NCBI GenBank assembly: GCA_964484095.1
Contig: CAZAEB010000002.1
Location: forward strand, 1-43,539
Origin: an uncultured Gammaproteobacteria bacterium
GTDB lineage: Bacteria > Patescibacteriota > Microgenomatia > UBA12405 > BS750m-G30
Reading direction: 5' to 3'
DNA: 43,539 nt
The notes beneath the pieces were generated by a model. The model did not search any database, was not told the DNA's origin, and saw only the letters and a program-made list of their open reading frames with translations. Positions 1 to 8,643 of this stretch are shown one piece after another. A program made the translations under genes and the position numbers. The number at the start of each line of letters is the position of its first letter. The first letter of the stretch is position 1.

Positions 1-779
1 GTTTTGTTATGAATTTAGGAGATAATATTTTTTATGGGGGAATAGTTGGTTTGGTAAAAAAGTTTAATAAAAGCAAGGCAAACGCCTTATTAACAACGAT
101 TCATCATCCAGAAAATATGCGCATGGGCGTTCCTTATTTCGATAGAAATGGAGAGTTATTGCAGGTGAAAGAAAAGCCAAAATCCCCTCCTAATGATTTA
201 GCTGTGCCGGGATTATATTTTTTTGATGAACATGCTCTTGAGTGTTTTTCCGGTTCTGGAGCAATCAGGCCTTCAGCTCGAGGAGAGCTGGAGATAGGCT
301 CGATATATAACTGGCTTATTAAAAACAAATATTCGGTGGAAGTAGGGGAATTTAGCGGGGTTTGGTTCGATCCGGGCAAATTTGATGATTGGTTAATTAC
401 AAACCAATTATTACTGGGCAAAATTTTAAAAGATGAATTGAAAACAAGACAAAGAAAAGGGGTTAAATTTGAGGGACGAGTAAAAATTGGCAAGAATTGT
501 CGGATAAAAAATTCGCTTTTGAGGGGCCCGGTGATTATTGGTGACCGGACAGTGATTGAAAATTCCTTTATTGGTCCTTATTCTTCAGTTGCTGATAACT
601 GCAGGCTTTTAAACACAAAGATAGAAAACTCAATTCTTATGAAGGGGGTCGAAATTGTTTCTCCTGGTCGGCCGCTTGATTCTTGTTTGATAGGGGAGGA
701 GACAGTGATTAAAAATAGCAGTCATCCTCTTGGGACAATGGAGTTGTTTTTAGGCAACCAATGTATTGTTAAATTGTAG
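1..779 (+). CDS. sugar-1-phosphate nucleotidylyltransferase, long-form RmlA-like (5'-partial, frame open to window edge)
   Basis: The frame has no stop back to nt 1. A nucleotidyltransferase core (LGDNIF, VPGLYFFD) is followed by left-handed beta-helix hexapeptide repeats (IGKNCRIKNSLL, VIIGDRTVIENSFIG), as in long-form glucose-1-phosphate thymidylyltransferases. Confidence 0.75.
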   Translation, partial: FVMNLGDNIFYGGIVGLVKKFNKSKANALLTTIHHPENMRMGVPYFDRNGELLQVKEKPKSPPNDLAVPGLYFFDEHALECFSGSGAIRPSARGELEIGSIYNWLIKNKYSVEVGEFSGVWFDPGKFDDWLITNQLLLGKILKDELKTRQRKGVKFEGRVKIGKNCRIKNSLLRGPVIIGDRTVIENSFIGPYSSVADNCRLLNTKIENSILMKGVEIVSPGRPLDSCLIGEETVIKNSSHPLGTMELFLGNQCIVKL

Positions 780-1350
780 TTTGTTTCATCTCTATCCTCA
801 CTTCATACTTCAGCGGTCCTCGCCCAGCATATTTCACTACTTTGGCGAAATTCTCATCCACCATTTCTTCGTTTATCAGTTTTCCTTTCTTACATCCGTT
901 CGGATTTTCCGACAATCCCTCTCTTGATCTGTTTCCCGACAAATGCATGTAAAATGGATCTTTAAATTTTGGCTTACCTTCACAATCTACCCACACCCAT
1001 GCCAAAATCCTTCCATACTTATCATCTTGATAGCGATCGTATTCCAACCAAACCTTTTTATTTTTTATCAATTTTCCCAAAAACTCTTTCCCTTGCTTAA
1101 AACCTTCTTTGCCTCTGTCAGGGGAGTCGATTCCTAACATTCTCACTCTTGCCCCTGATCTTAAATCAAAAGTATCTCCATCTTCTACCGTTTCTACTAA
1201 TCCGCTATCCGGAAACACCATTTTTGCTTTGTAATAATCGTCAAAATTATTGAGTTTTCCTGTTTTTACATACCAGGCCAGTAAAATCCCGGGGATAAAT
1301 ATCGTTGCCACTCCTGCTTTTTTAAGCTTTTTCCAAGTTAATCTTGTCAC
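769..1350 (-). CDS. thermonuclease (SNase-like) family protein with N-terminal membrane anchor
   Basis: One N-terminal hydrophobic helix. SNase-type motifs DGDTFDL, RVRMLGIDSPD and YGRILAWV. GTG start. The 3' end overlaps the convergent upstream gene by 11 nt. Confidence 0.8.
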   Translation of the reverse strand: MTRLTWKKLKKAGVATIFIPGILLAWYVKTGKLNNFDDYYKAKMVFPDSGLVETVEDGDTFDLRSGARVRMLGIDSPDRGKEGFKQGKEFLGKLIKNKKVWLEYDRYQDDKYGRILAWVWVDCEGKPKFKDPFYMHLSGNRSREGLSENPNGCKKGKLINEEMVDENFAKVVKYAGRGPLKYEVRIEMKQTTI

Positions 1351-1452
1351 CTGTTAATTATAGATGTACCTGACTTTATCTGCCACCTGCTAATTTAAGT
1401 CCTGCATATATTTACTAATCAGACAACTCAAAATATTTTTGTAAACACTGAT

Positions 1453-1541
1453 TGGCGGAGAGGGCGGGACTCGAACCCGCAAGCCCATAAAGGGCGCCGA
1501 CTTTCGAGGTCGGTGCCTTAGCCAATTCGGCGCACCTCTCC
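1453..1541 (-). tRNA. tRNA-Ser (anticodon CGA)
   Basis: The reverse complement folds as a cloverleaf. Acceptor GGAGAGG/CCTCTCC. Anticodon stem CCGAC/GTCGG with loop CTCGAAA. Long variable arm (GCCC-TTTA-TGGGC). T-arm GCGGG-TTCGAGT-CCCGC. CCA is encoded. Confidence 0.9.
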
Positions 1542-1555
1542 AAAAAAATGGGGGT

Positions 1556-1632
1556 TGGTGACAGGGGAGGGACTCGAACCCTCGACCCCGAGGTTATGAT
1601 TCTCGTGCTCTAACCAGCTGAGCTACCCTGTC
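1556..1632 (-). tRNA. tRNA with CAT anticodon (elongator Met or lysidine-modified Ile2)
   Basis: Acceptor GACAGGG/CCCTGTC. D-arm GCTC-AGCTGGTTA-GAGC. Anticodon loop ATCATAA. T-arm GAGGG-TTCGAGT-CCCTC. CCA is encoded. Met and Ile2 cannot be told apart by eye. Confidence 0.85.
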
Positions 1633-1643
1633 AGGTCTTTCGT

Positions 1644-1652
1644 ATTCTATCA
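1644..1652 (-). promoter_or_regulatory. extended -10 promoter (TGaTAGAAT) for the tRNA-Met/tRNA-Ser pair
   Basis: The minus strand reads TGATAGAAT, 11 nt upstream of the tRNA 5' end at 1632. A TTTACT -35-like hexamer lies 17 nt upstream (1667-1672). Confidence 0.5.
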
Positions 1653-1683
1653 AATATTGAACTTGGAGTAAAAAATAAGGGAG

Positions 1684-2223
1684 TTAGTTTTTCTTTTTCG
1701 AGCGCATTTTTATGTATTCCTCACTGCTCATCGCCTTGGTCCAATCTGTCAGTTTATCCGTAAAAAGTATTCCTTCCAGGTGGTCATATTCGTGTTGAAT
1801 TATTCTAGCTAGCAGTCCGCTTGCTTTTAGTTGAAATTTTTTCCCTTTTTTGTCGCGCGCTTCGACTATAACCCATTTCGGCCTTTTCACCGGCCCAAAA
1901 AATTTTGAGTAGGCAATACTGCCGCAACCCTCATAGCTGGTTACCTTTTTACTGGATGTTTTTATTATTTTGGGGTTAATATAGATGGTCAAAGCGTTTT
2001 CTTTGAGATCGGCTCTGTATTCAGTTGCTTTTACCTCGGAAACAAAAATCCTAAGGCTTTTTCCTATTTGAGGAGCGGCTGTGCCGACCATCTGGCCATA
2101 ATGCATAGTGTCAATAAGGTCGGTGATTATTTGCTGAGTTCTTTTCGAAAGAACGTTTTTTACTAACTTTGCTCTTTTTCTAAGAAGAGGGCTGCCTGCT
2201 TGGACTATATCTTTTATTACCAT
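1684..2223 (-). CDS. def: peptide deformylase
   Basis: 179 aa with the deformylase metal-site motifs GxGxAAPQ (GTAAPQIG), EGCGS and QHEYDHLEG. Confidence 0.9.
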   Translation of the reverse strand: MVIKDIVQAGSPLLRKRAKLVKNVLSKRTQQIITDLIDTMHYGQMVGTAAPQIGKSLRIFVSEVKATEYRADLKENALTIYINPKIIKTSSKKVTSYEGCGSIAYSKFFGPVKRPKWVIVEARDKKGKKFQLKASGLLARIIQHEYDHLEGILFTDKLTDWTKAMSSEEYIKMRSKKKN

Positions 2224-2249
2224 TTTACGTTTTATTGCGGGATTTTGTG

Positions 2250-2319
2250 TTGCGGGGCCGGGAGTTGAACCCGGCCTGTGAGGTTATGGGCCTCACGTGC
2301 AGCCGTACACCACCCCGCA
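2250..2319 (-). tRNA. tRNA with CAT anticodon, initiator-like acceptor stem (no encoded CCA)
   Basis: The reverse complement is TGCGGGG-TG-GTGT-ACGGCT-GCAC-G-TGAGG-CCCATAA-CCTCA-CAGG-CCGGG-TTCAACT-CCCGG-CCCCGCA-A. The acceptor and 3' end resemble E. coli tRNA-fMet (CGCGGGG...CCCCGCAA). It is 70 nt without CCA and has a short D-loop. Confidence 0.7.
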
Positions 2320-2329
2320 CGTTAAGGTT

Positions 2330-2338
2330 ATTATACCA
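2330..2338 (-). promoter_or_regulatory. extended -10 promoter (TGgTATAAT) for the initiator-like tRNA and def
   Basis: The minus strand reads TGGTATAAT, a perfect extended -10. It ends 10 nt upstream of the tRNA 5' end. Confidence 0.55.
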
Positions 2339-2358
2339 GATTTAAATTAAACTTAAAG

Positions 2359-2730
2359 CTAATAGATGAATTTATCCAGCCATTGTTCAATATTTGATTT
2401 TTGGGGAGCAAACTCTTCTTTTAAGTGAATGTTTTCCAGACTAGGAAGTTGAGGGATAATATAGGCAACCTCGTTTGGCTTTGCTAGTCCCAATTTGTCT
2501 TTAGCTTCTCTTTGAATAAAATCGTCAGTTTGGATATAGGATAATCGTTTTTCCAACTGTTCGTTTTCTTCTTTGCTTTGGCGTATTTGCTCTTCCAGGA
2601 TCTTTTTTTGCCTGTTTATCGTTAGGATTTTTTTAGCTTGGGCCAGATTGTTGCCCAAAAGAAAAAGTGTCATGATTAGGAAAATTATCCAGATCCATCG
2701 ATTTCCGTCTTGCTTGGAATTTTTTTTCAT
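2359..2730 (-). CDS. septum-formation initiator (FtsB/DivIC-like) protein
   Basis: 123 aa with a single N-terminal TM helix, a coiled coil and a C-terminal IQREAKDKLGLAKPNEVAYI segment typical of the FtsB/DivIC family. Confidence 0.7.
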   Translation of the reverse strand: MKKNSKQDGNRWIWIIFLIMTLFLLGNNLAQAKKILTINRQKKILEEQIRQSKEENEQLEKRLSYIQTDDFIQREAKDKLGLAKPNEVAYIIPQLPSLENIHLKEEFAPQKSNIEQWLDKFIY

Positions 2731-2738
2731 GATACTAT
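2730..2738 (+). promoter_or_regulatory. extended -10-like element (TGaTACTAT) 9 nt upstream of the Xer recombinase ATG
   Basis: The element lies partly inside the 17-nt divergent intergenic spacer 2731-2747. The minus strand of the same bases reads TATAGT, 4 nt before the FtsB-like ATG. Confidence 0.35.
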
Positions 2739-2747
2739 AAGCCTAAC

Positions 2748-3623
2748 ATGGAAGAAAACGCAAATCCGCAATCAATAACAAAAGCGGTTGAGTTATTTGT
2801 CAAAAACCTAACCAGCCAAGGTCGATCCTCGAATACAATTATAGCATATAAAGGGGATTTGACTCAGCTCATAAAATATCTATCCGGGGAGCAGATATCC
2901 TCGGTTTTGGAGGTTGAAACCAGCCATATTGAGAAATTTAAAAAACAGCTGGAAAAAGACAATTATACTGCCAAAACTATTTCAAGGAAACTTAACTCTT
3001 TTAAAAGCTTTTTTAAGTTTTTAGAGAAAGAATCGATTATCAATTCTGATCCTACCAAAGAAGTATCTCATCCTAAATTAAAGGCTGGCATACCAAGAGT
3101 ACTTCTGCCTTTGGAATACCGAGCTTTGAGAGATGCTTGCCGCCATGATTCTCGGGCAATGGCAATAGTTGAGCTTATTTTGCAGGCAGGTTTGAGAATT
3201 GGTGAGGTAGCCAATCTGCGCTTGGATGATGTTCATCCTGACGAGCTTATTATTCAACCTTACGAGAGTCATCTGGCCAGAAAAGTTCCTTTAAACGAGG
3301 CGGTTAAAAATGCTTTGGATGCTTACCTCGAGGCAAGAGGTGAGGCTAAAACCGATCATATTTTTATTACCAAGACAGGCAGGCCGCTGCTTATTAGAAA
3401 TATAAGAAGCACCCTGCGGCGCTATTTTAAGCGTTCTGGACTTGAAGATGTTAAAGTAAATGATCTAAGAAATACTTTTATCGCTTATCAGCTTGAAGCT
3501 GGAGTGCCCTTGGAGATAATATCTCGGATTGTTGGTCACAAAAGAATATCAACCACAGAAAAATATCTTCAGCTGGTTAAACAACCGGCAAGCAGAAGAA
3601 CAATTAAGCTAAAAGAGCTTTAA
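2748..3623 (+). CDS. tyrosine site-specific recombinase, XerC/XerD-like
   Basis: N-terminal SAM-like core-binding domain. Catalytic R (GLRIGE), HxxR (GHKRISTT) and the terminal Y (EKYL). 291 aa. Confidence 0.85.
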   Translation: MEENANPQSITKAVELFVKNLTSQGRSSNTIIAYKGDLTQLIKYLSGEQISSVLEVETSHIEKFKKQLEKDNYTAKTISRKLNSFKSFFKFLEKESIINSDPTKEVSHPKLKAGIPRVLLPLEYRALRDACRHDSRAMAIVELILQAGLRIGEVANLRLDDVHPDELIIQPYESHLARKVPLNEAVKNALDAYLEARGEAKTDHIFITKTGRPLLIRNIRSTLRRYFKRSGLEDVKVNDLRNTFIAYQLEAGVPLEIISRIVGHKRISTTEKYLQLVKQPASRRTIKLKEL

Positions 3624-5953
3624 AGTTTTGCCCGTTTGATAATTTCTGCTTCCACCACATCTCGGGGACGACCGTATTTTAAAGCGCTTAGTTTTTTAAT
3701 CATTTCTGCCACTTTGGGATTTCTTTTTTTGTTTTCTTCCTCCATATCTTTAGTGGTGTCAAGAGAAAAGGGCGGTGACGGCTCGTTATTTACTACAGTT
3801 TTAGTATAAGCATGGAATTTTTCCACGTTTATAAGATCTTCTTCATCAAAGATTGGTTGAAATTCGCGGGTAAGGTAGTTGGCGTCAGCAACACCAACAG
3901 AAAAACTCATGATTGTACCCACATTGCCAAAAACTGCGTTTTTCACCTCTTCGTCCATTTGAGCGATAAACTGGTTGGCAACTGTTAGATTGAGTCGATA
4001 TTTTCTTGCCTCGGAAAGGATTTGAGCGAAATCAGGAGTGGCAAAGTTTTGAAACTCATCAACATATAGATAAAAGTCTTTCCTTTGCTCCTGGGCAATA
4101 TCCTGGCGGCTCATTGCCGCCATTAGAATCTGGGGAACCAAAACGAGACCTAAAAAGGATGAATTTTCCTCTCCTATTCTTCCTTTTGCCAGATTGATCA
4201 AGAGAATTTTCCCTTCATCCATAACCTTTCTTATGTTAAAAGAAGATTTTGACTGGCCAATAATGTTTCTTATCATTGAGTTGGTAACAAACCTGCCGAA
4301 TTTGGAAACGATATAGTCAAGAGTTTCTGATTTATGAAAGTCACTAGTTTGGGCGATCTGGTCGGTCCAGTATCGCTTGACCATTGGGTCGGTAACTTTA
4401 GGGAGCAGTTCTTGGACGTATTTGGAGTCGGTAAGGCATCTGACAATTTCAATAAACGTCGCTCCCGGCTCGGACATGACAGTAAGCATTGCGTTTCTAA
4501 TTGCGTGTTCGAATCTGGGACCGACGATTCCGGTTTTATATGGGTCATAGAGTTTATACATTAGATTGATTATTGAGTTGGCAACAAAATGCTTTTGGTC
4601 TTCAGTTTCTACCTCCAAAAGATTAAATCCCATGGGTCTTTCTAGGTTGGAAGGATCAAAGTAGATTACATCCTCAGCTCTTTCGGGCGGAATCATTTCT
4701 AAAATTTGTTCAACAGTGTCATGAGGGTCGATAAAGCAGATCCCTTTACCGCTTTTTATATCCTGCTCAATCATGGTTTTTAGAAGTTCAGATTTTCCGG
4801 TCCCGGTTTTACCGACAATATAGATGTGGCGCCTTCGATCATTTTCTTGGATGAAAATCTTTTTTCTTTCTCCTCGGTAAATATTGTCGCCTACATACAG
4901 TCCTTCTTGGGGCATATTGGGTGGAGAAGGAGCTCTTTTAGCTCTAATCCAGTGAATTCCTGGGGTTTCGATAGTTTTATTAGGAAAATGAAAAATTCCT
5001 GCCAGTTCTTCAGAGCTTAGAATTGAGCTGTTTTTCTTTTGAAAAATAGGTTGGTAGCGGTAAATAAAATCAATCATGAACCATTTTTGAAAACGGATTT
5101 TTTTTGATTTTAAACTGTTCCAGGGAGATTCAAATTGAGACAGGGCGGTTTTTATATTAGTAAGGTGTGATTTTGCCTCCTCCTTGCTGGGAGCGACAGC
5201 GACAATTCTTATATGGGTTTCAAACCCAGGCTTGCTGCATTTGTTTTCAATTGCTTCTAAAGTTTGAGCGTTGACCTTGTAGTTGGCTTTTTCTGGATCA
5301 GATTCGCTTTTTTTGGTTCCGGAAACGAATCCCTTTCCCGACGACTGCCACTTATTGTCAGCGGGAACAATCAAAAGCTGAATTGCCACTCCTTCGCCTA
5401 CTTTAAGCTTGGCAAGGGCGGAGGTTATTGACGAGAGAGGATCAGTAGAAAGCTCTTTAAATGTTTTTATTGGTTTGTATGATTCTGATTTTGCTGTTAG
5501 CCAGCTATAGGCAACCTTGCCTTTTTCAGAAAAGATATTGTATTCTTCTACTGGATCAACACTGGCTCCGGGGTAGGCTCCGTAAATTTGTCTTTCCACC
5601 AGCTCTTTTAATTTTTCTGGACAGGAAATATAAAAGCGAATGTCTCCCGGTTTGCCGACAACTTCAAAAGTAATGTGTGACTGGGGGTGGAGAAACTTAA
5701 ATCTGCCTCTTTTATAAATAGAATGCAGAGAGGCGAAAACCTGTTCCATGGCATCGATTTTAATCTCGTTGTTTTTAGGAACAGAGATTTTAAGTAGAAC
5801 AAATTTTAAGGAAGCATCTTCCCGTTCGTGCCATCGCCACCAGATGACAAAAACATAAACAAAAAAGCCAAGAAGAGCGGCAACACCAATAATAACCAGG
5901 AAAAGAATCAGGTAATAGACGGCAGTATTGACAATGTTATTTAGTATGCTCAT
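3620..5953 (-). CDS. VirD4/TraG/TraD-like coupling-protein ATPase (FtsK/HerA superfamily) with N-terminal membrane anchor and ~330-aa uncharacterised N-domain
   Basis: A TM helix at the N-terminus. Walker A VGKTGTGKS and Walker B FYLYVDEFQNF. The C-terminal part resembles the TraD/TraG substrate-recognition region. No other T4SS genes are nearby. Confidence 0.7.
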   Translation of the reverse strand: MSILNNIVNTAVYYLILFLVIIGVAALLGFFVYVFVIWWRWHEREDASLKFVLLKISVPKNNEIKIDAMEQVFASLHSIYKRGRFKFLHPQSHITFEVVGKPGDIRFYISCPEKLKELVERQIYGAYPGASVDPVEEYNIFSEKGKVAYSWLTAKSESYKPIKTFKELSTDPLSSITSALAKLKVGEGVAIQLLIVPADNKWQSSGKGFVSGTKKSESDPEKANYKVNAQTLEAIENKCSKPGFETHIRIVAVAPSKEEAKSHLTNIKTALSQFESPWNSLKSKKIRFQKWFMIDFIYRYQPIFQKKNSSILSSEELAGIFHFPNKTIETPGIHWIRAKRAPSPPNMPQEGLYVGDNIYRGERKKIFIQENDRRRHIYIVGKTGTGKSELLKTMIEQDIKSGKGICFIDPHDTVEQILEMIPPERAEDVIYFDPSNLERPMGFNLLEVETEDQKHFVANSIINLMYKLYDPYKTGIVGPRFEHAIRNAMLTVMSEPGATFIEIVRCLTDSKYVQELLPKVTDPMVKRYWTDQIAQTSDFHKSETLDYIVSKFGRFVTNSMIRNIIGQSKSSFNIRKVMDEGKILLINLAKGRIGEENSSFLGLVLVPQILMAAMSRQDIAQEQRKDFYLYVDEFQNFATPDFAQILSEARKYRLNLTVANQFIAQMDEEVKNAVFGNVGTIMSFSVGVADANYLTREFQPIFDEEDLINVEKFHAYTKTVVNNEPSPPFSLDTTKDMEEENKKRNPKVAEMIKKLSALKYGRPRDVVEAEIIKRAKL

Positions 5954-6297
5954 GATGTGGCTGATTCTTTAAAAACAACCTCTTTGGGAGTTTTTTTAAT
6001 GTTTCTATAACACCACTCAGAAAGCCAGCGAACTGCTTCGCCAACTCCTTGTTTTAATCCTTCAGTAAATTTTTTCTTAGTTAAGGGAAGAGTAATTTTT
6101 ACTGGTTTTCCTTGAGCTGAGGAGAGAATTATTTGCCCTTTATCATCAGTGACTATTGGTTTTTTTGTGTGGACATTTTTTTCTATCCTTTGAATCCAGC
6201 CTTCCACTTCGGGAGAGATTTTTGTTTCTTTTCTTCTTAGGATGGGACCAATTATTCTTTCTTTTCCACGTAATATCGGTTCTCTTTCGACATTCAT
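5950..6297 (-). CDS. hypothetical basic protein, translationally coupled to the T4CP-like ATPase
   Basis: 115-aa ORF. Its TGA overlaps the ATG of the downstream gene (ATGA at 5950-5953). No recognisable motif. Confidence 0.5.
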   Translation of the reverse strand: MNVEREPILRGKERIIGPILRRKETKISPEVEGWIQRIEKNVHTKKPIVTDDKGQIILSSAQGKPVKITLPLTKKKFTEGLKQGVGEAVRWLSEWCYRNIKKTPKEVVFKESATS

Positions 6298-6341
6298 TTT
6301 ACTTTTTTTAGTATAACACCAGGCTAGGAAAAAAGGGAAGT

Positions 6342-6863
6342 TTAATTAACTTTTCCAACGGCAATATCGCAAAGCCAGAAAGGGAACTCATCTTTTTTAG
6401 ACAATCCGAGTTTTTGAGCAAGTTGCCAACAAGCTTTTTTCGCTTCGGTAACATCTTTTTTTCCTACTTCTAATTCAATTTCGATAAAGTTTCCAATATT
6501 TTTTACTTTGTCAAGACAAATATTGTATCTTTTTAGCCGGTACTGCTCTCTTTTTTTATCAATAGTTCCCAGCTTGGAAAAATTTAGTCTTTGCAGTAGG
6601 TTCTCAATATCTGCATTTTTTTCTAATTCAATTTCGCATTCATCATTCACACCGTTAGAGATGTTTATATGATGAGCAAGTGTTTTAATATTTCCCATTT
6701 TCCTTAATCTTAAATATTCTTTGCTTTTTAGAAGAACCCTAGACGGGTGTTCATAATAAATATCAGTTTGTTGTTTTGTTTTTGATAAAATTGCCCCTGT
6801 TTTCAGCAACTTTTTCTTTAACTTGTTTAGATTACTGCACTTTAGCTTTATTTCAACTTCCAT
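6342..6863 (-). CDS. CYTH-domain protein (class IV adenylate cyclase CyaB / triphosphatase family)
   Basis: N-terminal EVEIK (ExExK) signature, the YLRLRK basic strand, and a C-terminal GNFIEIELE motif typical of CYTH/CyaB proteins. Confidence 0.8.
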   Translation of the reverse strand: MEVEIKLKCSNLNKLKKKLLKTGAILSKTKQQTDIYYEHPSRVLLKSKEYLRLRKMGNIKTLAHHINISNGVNDECEIELEKNADIENLLQRLNFSKLGTIDKKREQYRLKRYNICLDKVKNIGNFIEIELEVGKKDVTEAKKACWQLAQKLGLSKKDEFPFWLCDIAVGKVN

Positions 6864-6864
6864 T

Positions 6865-7512
6865 TTAAGATTCTAACTCCTTTCCTCCACTTGATATCCT
6901 TTCAAGTATAACACCACGTCTATTTAGGGTAGTTTCAATTTTCTCATTGACTTCGGTTACTGTTCCCTCGCCATTAATTATTTCCCAGCCCAACTCTTTA
7001 GCACACCAGGTGTAAGCCTCCCTTTTGGCTTCAAAGCGTTTTAAGGTGTCTGTTTCTGGCAAACGGTCACTGCGTCCTTTTATTCTTTGTTCTATTATTT
7101 GCTTGTCAGCAATATCGATAATTATTCCTAAAACATTTTCTGGAATGTGTTCTTTTAATGACAATCTTGCAGTTTCTTTTGCTTCTTTCGGAAAATCTTT
7201 TTTTTCCTTATCCCAGGTTAGTGAAAGGATATGAGCTACGTCTACCAAGACAAGTCGATCTACAACTCCGGTTACATTTTCACCCTGATGCTCTTTGATC
7301 ATTTTTTGCACTTCTCTCAACTGCTTTAGTTGCATTAGCGAAAAGTACCGGTTTCGACTTCCTTCCCTTTCGGCCCTACTGGCTAGTGGGGAGTTTGTTT
7401 GCCACCCGCCCCCTTTTATATATTTAGCTCCTAGTTTTTTTGACAGCCATTTAGCCTGAGTTGTTTTTCCTGCTCCGTCTATTCCTTCAATAACTATCAG
7501 AGGATAGGTCAT
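6865..7512 (-). CDS. tmk: thymidylate kinase-like P-loop kinase
   Basis: IVIEGIDGAGKTTQ P-loop as in Tmk, a DR motif (VVDRLVL) and an Arg-rich LID (RIKGRSDR). The nucleoside-binding region is divergent. Confidence 0.65.
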   Translation of the reverse strand: MTYPLIVIEGIDGAGKTTQAKWLSKKLGAKYIKGGGWQTNSPLASRAEREGSRNRYFSLMQLKQLREVQKMIKEHQGENVTGVVDRLVLVDVAHILSLTWDKEKKDFPKEAKETARLSLKEHIPENVLGIIIDIADKQIIEQRIKGRSDRLPETDTLKRFEAKREAYTWCAKELGWEIINGEGTVTEVNEKIETTLNRRGVILERISSGGKELES

Positions 7513-7530
7513 TTTTATTTTTTTTGAGTT

Positions 7531-8643
7531 TTACTCCAAATAGTCCTGCAGTTTTTTTCTTCTTGAAGGATGTCTTAGTTTACGAAGAGCTTTAGCTTCA
7601 ATCTGTCTTATTCTTTCTCTGGTAACACCAAAGACTTTTCCTACCTCTTCTAAGGTTTTTGGAGACTGGCTTTCCAACCCAAACCTTAAGGCGAGCACTT
7701 TTGCTTCTCTTTCATCCAAGGTGTGGAGAACATCATTCACCGATTCCTTAAGCAGTTCTTTTGAAGTTTCTTCGTAGGGTGAGGGAGAGGTAATGTCTTC
7801 GATAAAATCTCCCAAAAATGAATCCTCGTCATCTCCGACCGGGGCGGCCAAAGAGGTGGTGTCTTGAGAAATTCTGAAAATTTCGTTTATTTTTTCTTCG
7901 GGGAGCTCTACTCTTTTAGCAATTTCTTTGGTGACCGGATCTCTGCCCAGTTCTTGAGAAAGTTCTCTTGAGGCTTTGAAAACTCGGTTCATTGTTTCTA
8001 CCATGTGAACAGGTATTCTTATCGTTCTTGCCTGATCAGCAATTGCTCTAGTGATCGCTTGTCTTATCCACCAGGTAGCGTAGGTAGAAAATTTAAAACC
8101 TCTTCTCCAGTCAAATTTTTCTACAGCCCTCATTAATCCCTGATTTCCTTCTTGGATAAGATCTAAAAAAGTAAGTCCTCGACCGATGTATTTTTTAGCA
8201 ATAGAAACAACCAGTCTTAGGTTTGATTCGATAAGCACTGCTCGAGCGGAGGACGACCCTTTTTCTATTCTTTGGGCTAAAGAAACCTCTTGTTCTTTGG
8301 TAAGCAAATCAACCTTGCCGATTTCTCGAAGATACATTCTGACCGGATCGGTTAAAGCGTTGGAGGATAGAGCTGTCAGAGCGTTAAGGCCTTTACCACT
8401 TTCTGTTTCTGTCTCTTTTATCTCATCCAAGGAAATGCCCTCGAAAACGTCGATTCCTTTATCAAAAAGAGCCTCGTAAAGTTTATCAAGTTCTTTTATA
8501 TGATTTTGAGGGTTAGGTATCTTTTTAAGAACTAGTTCCTGGGTTAGAAAACCTTGTTTTTTACCCAAGGCAATAATAGACCTTTTAATCTGGTTAAAAT
8601 TGGTGGACCGGATGGTTATACTAGGCACGACTGATTTTATCAC
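7531..8643 (-). CDS. rpoD: RNA polymerase sigma-70 factor RpoD
   Basis: Regions 1.2 to 4.2 are recognisable ([63 protein letters not shown]). The GTG start overlaps the dnaG stop (GTGA). Confidence 0.95.
   Translation of the reverse strand: MIKSVVPSITIRSTNFNQIKRSIIALGKKQGFLTQELVLKKIPNPQNHIKELDKLYEALFDKGIDVFEGISLDEIKETETESGKGLNALTALSSNALTDPVRMYLREIGKVDLLTKEQEVSLAQRIEKGSSSARAVLIESNLRLVVSIAKKYIGRGLTFLDLIQEGNQGLMRAVEKFDWRRGFKFSTYATWWIRQAITRAIADQARTIRIPVHMVETMNRVFKASRELSQELGRDPVTKEIAKRVELPEEKINEIFRISQDTTSLAAPVGDDEDSFLGDFIEDITSPSPYEETSKELLKESVNDVLHTLDEREAKVLALRFGLESQSPKTLEEVGKVFGVTRERIRQIEAKALRKLRHPSRRKKLQDYLE

Noticed and set aside
1453-5953. An integrated conjugative element remnant, suggested by a tRNA cluster next to a tyrosine recombinase and a VirD4/TraG-like ATPase.
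   Set aside because: I found no direct repeat of a tRNA 3' end that would mark an att site. The only partial match (GGGAGTTGAA near 10466) is 10 nt long and is expected by chance. The recombinase looks like a short XerC/D. No relaxase or T4SS genes are present, and the ATPase sits in a housekeeping gene string.
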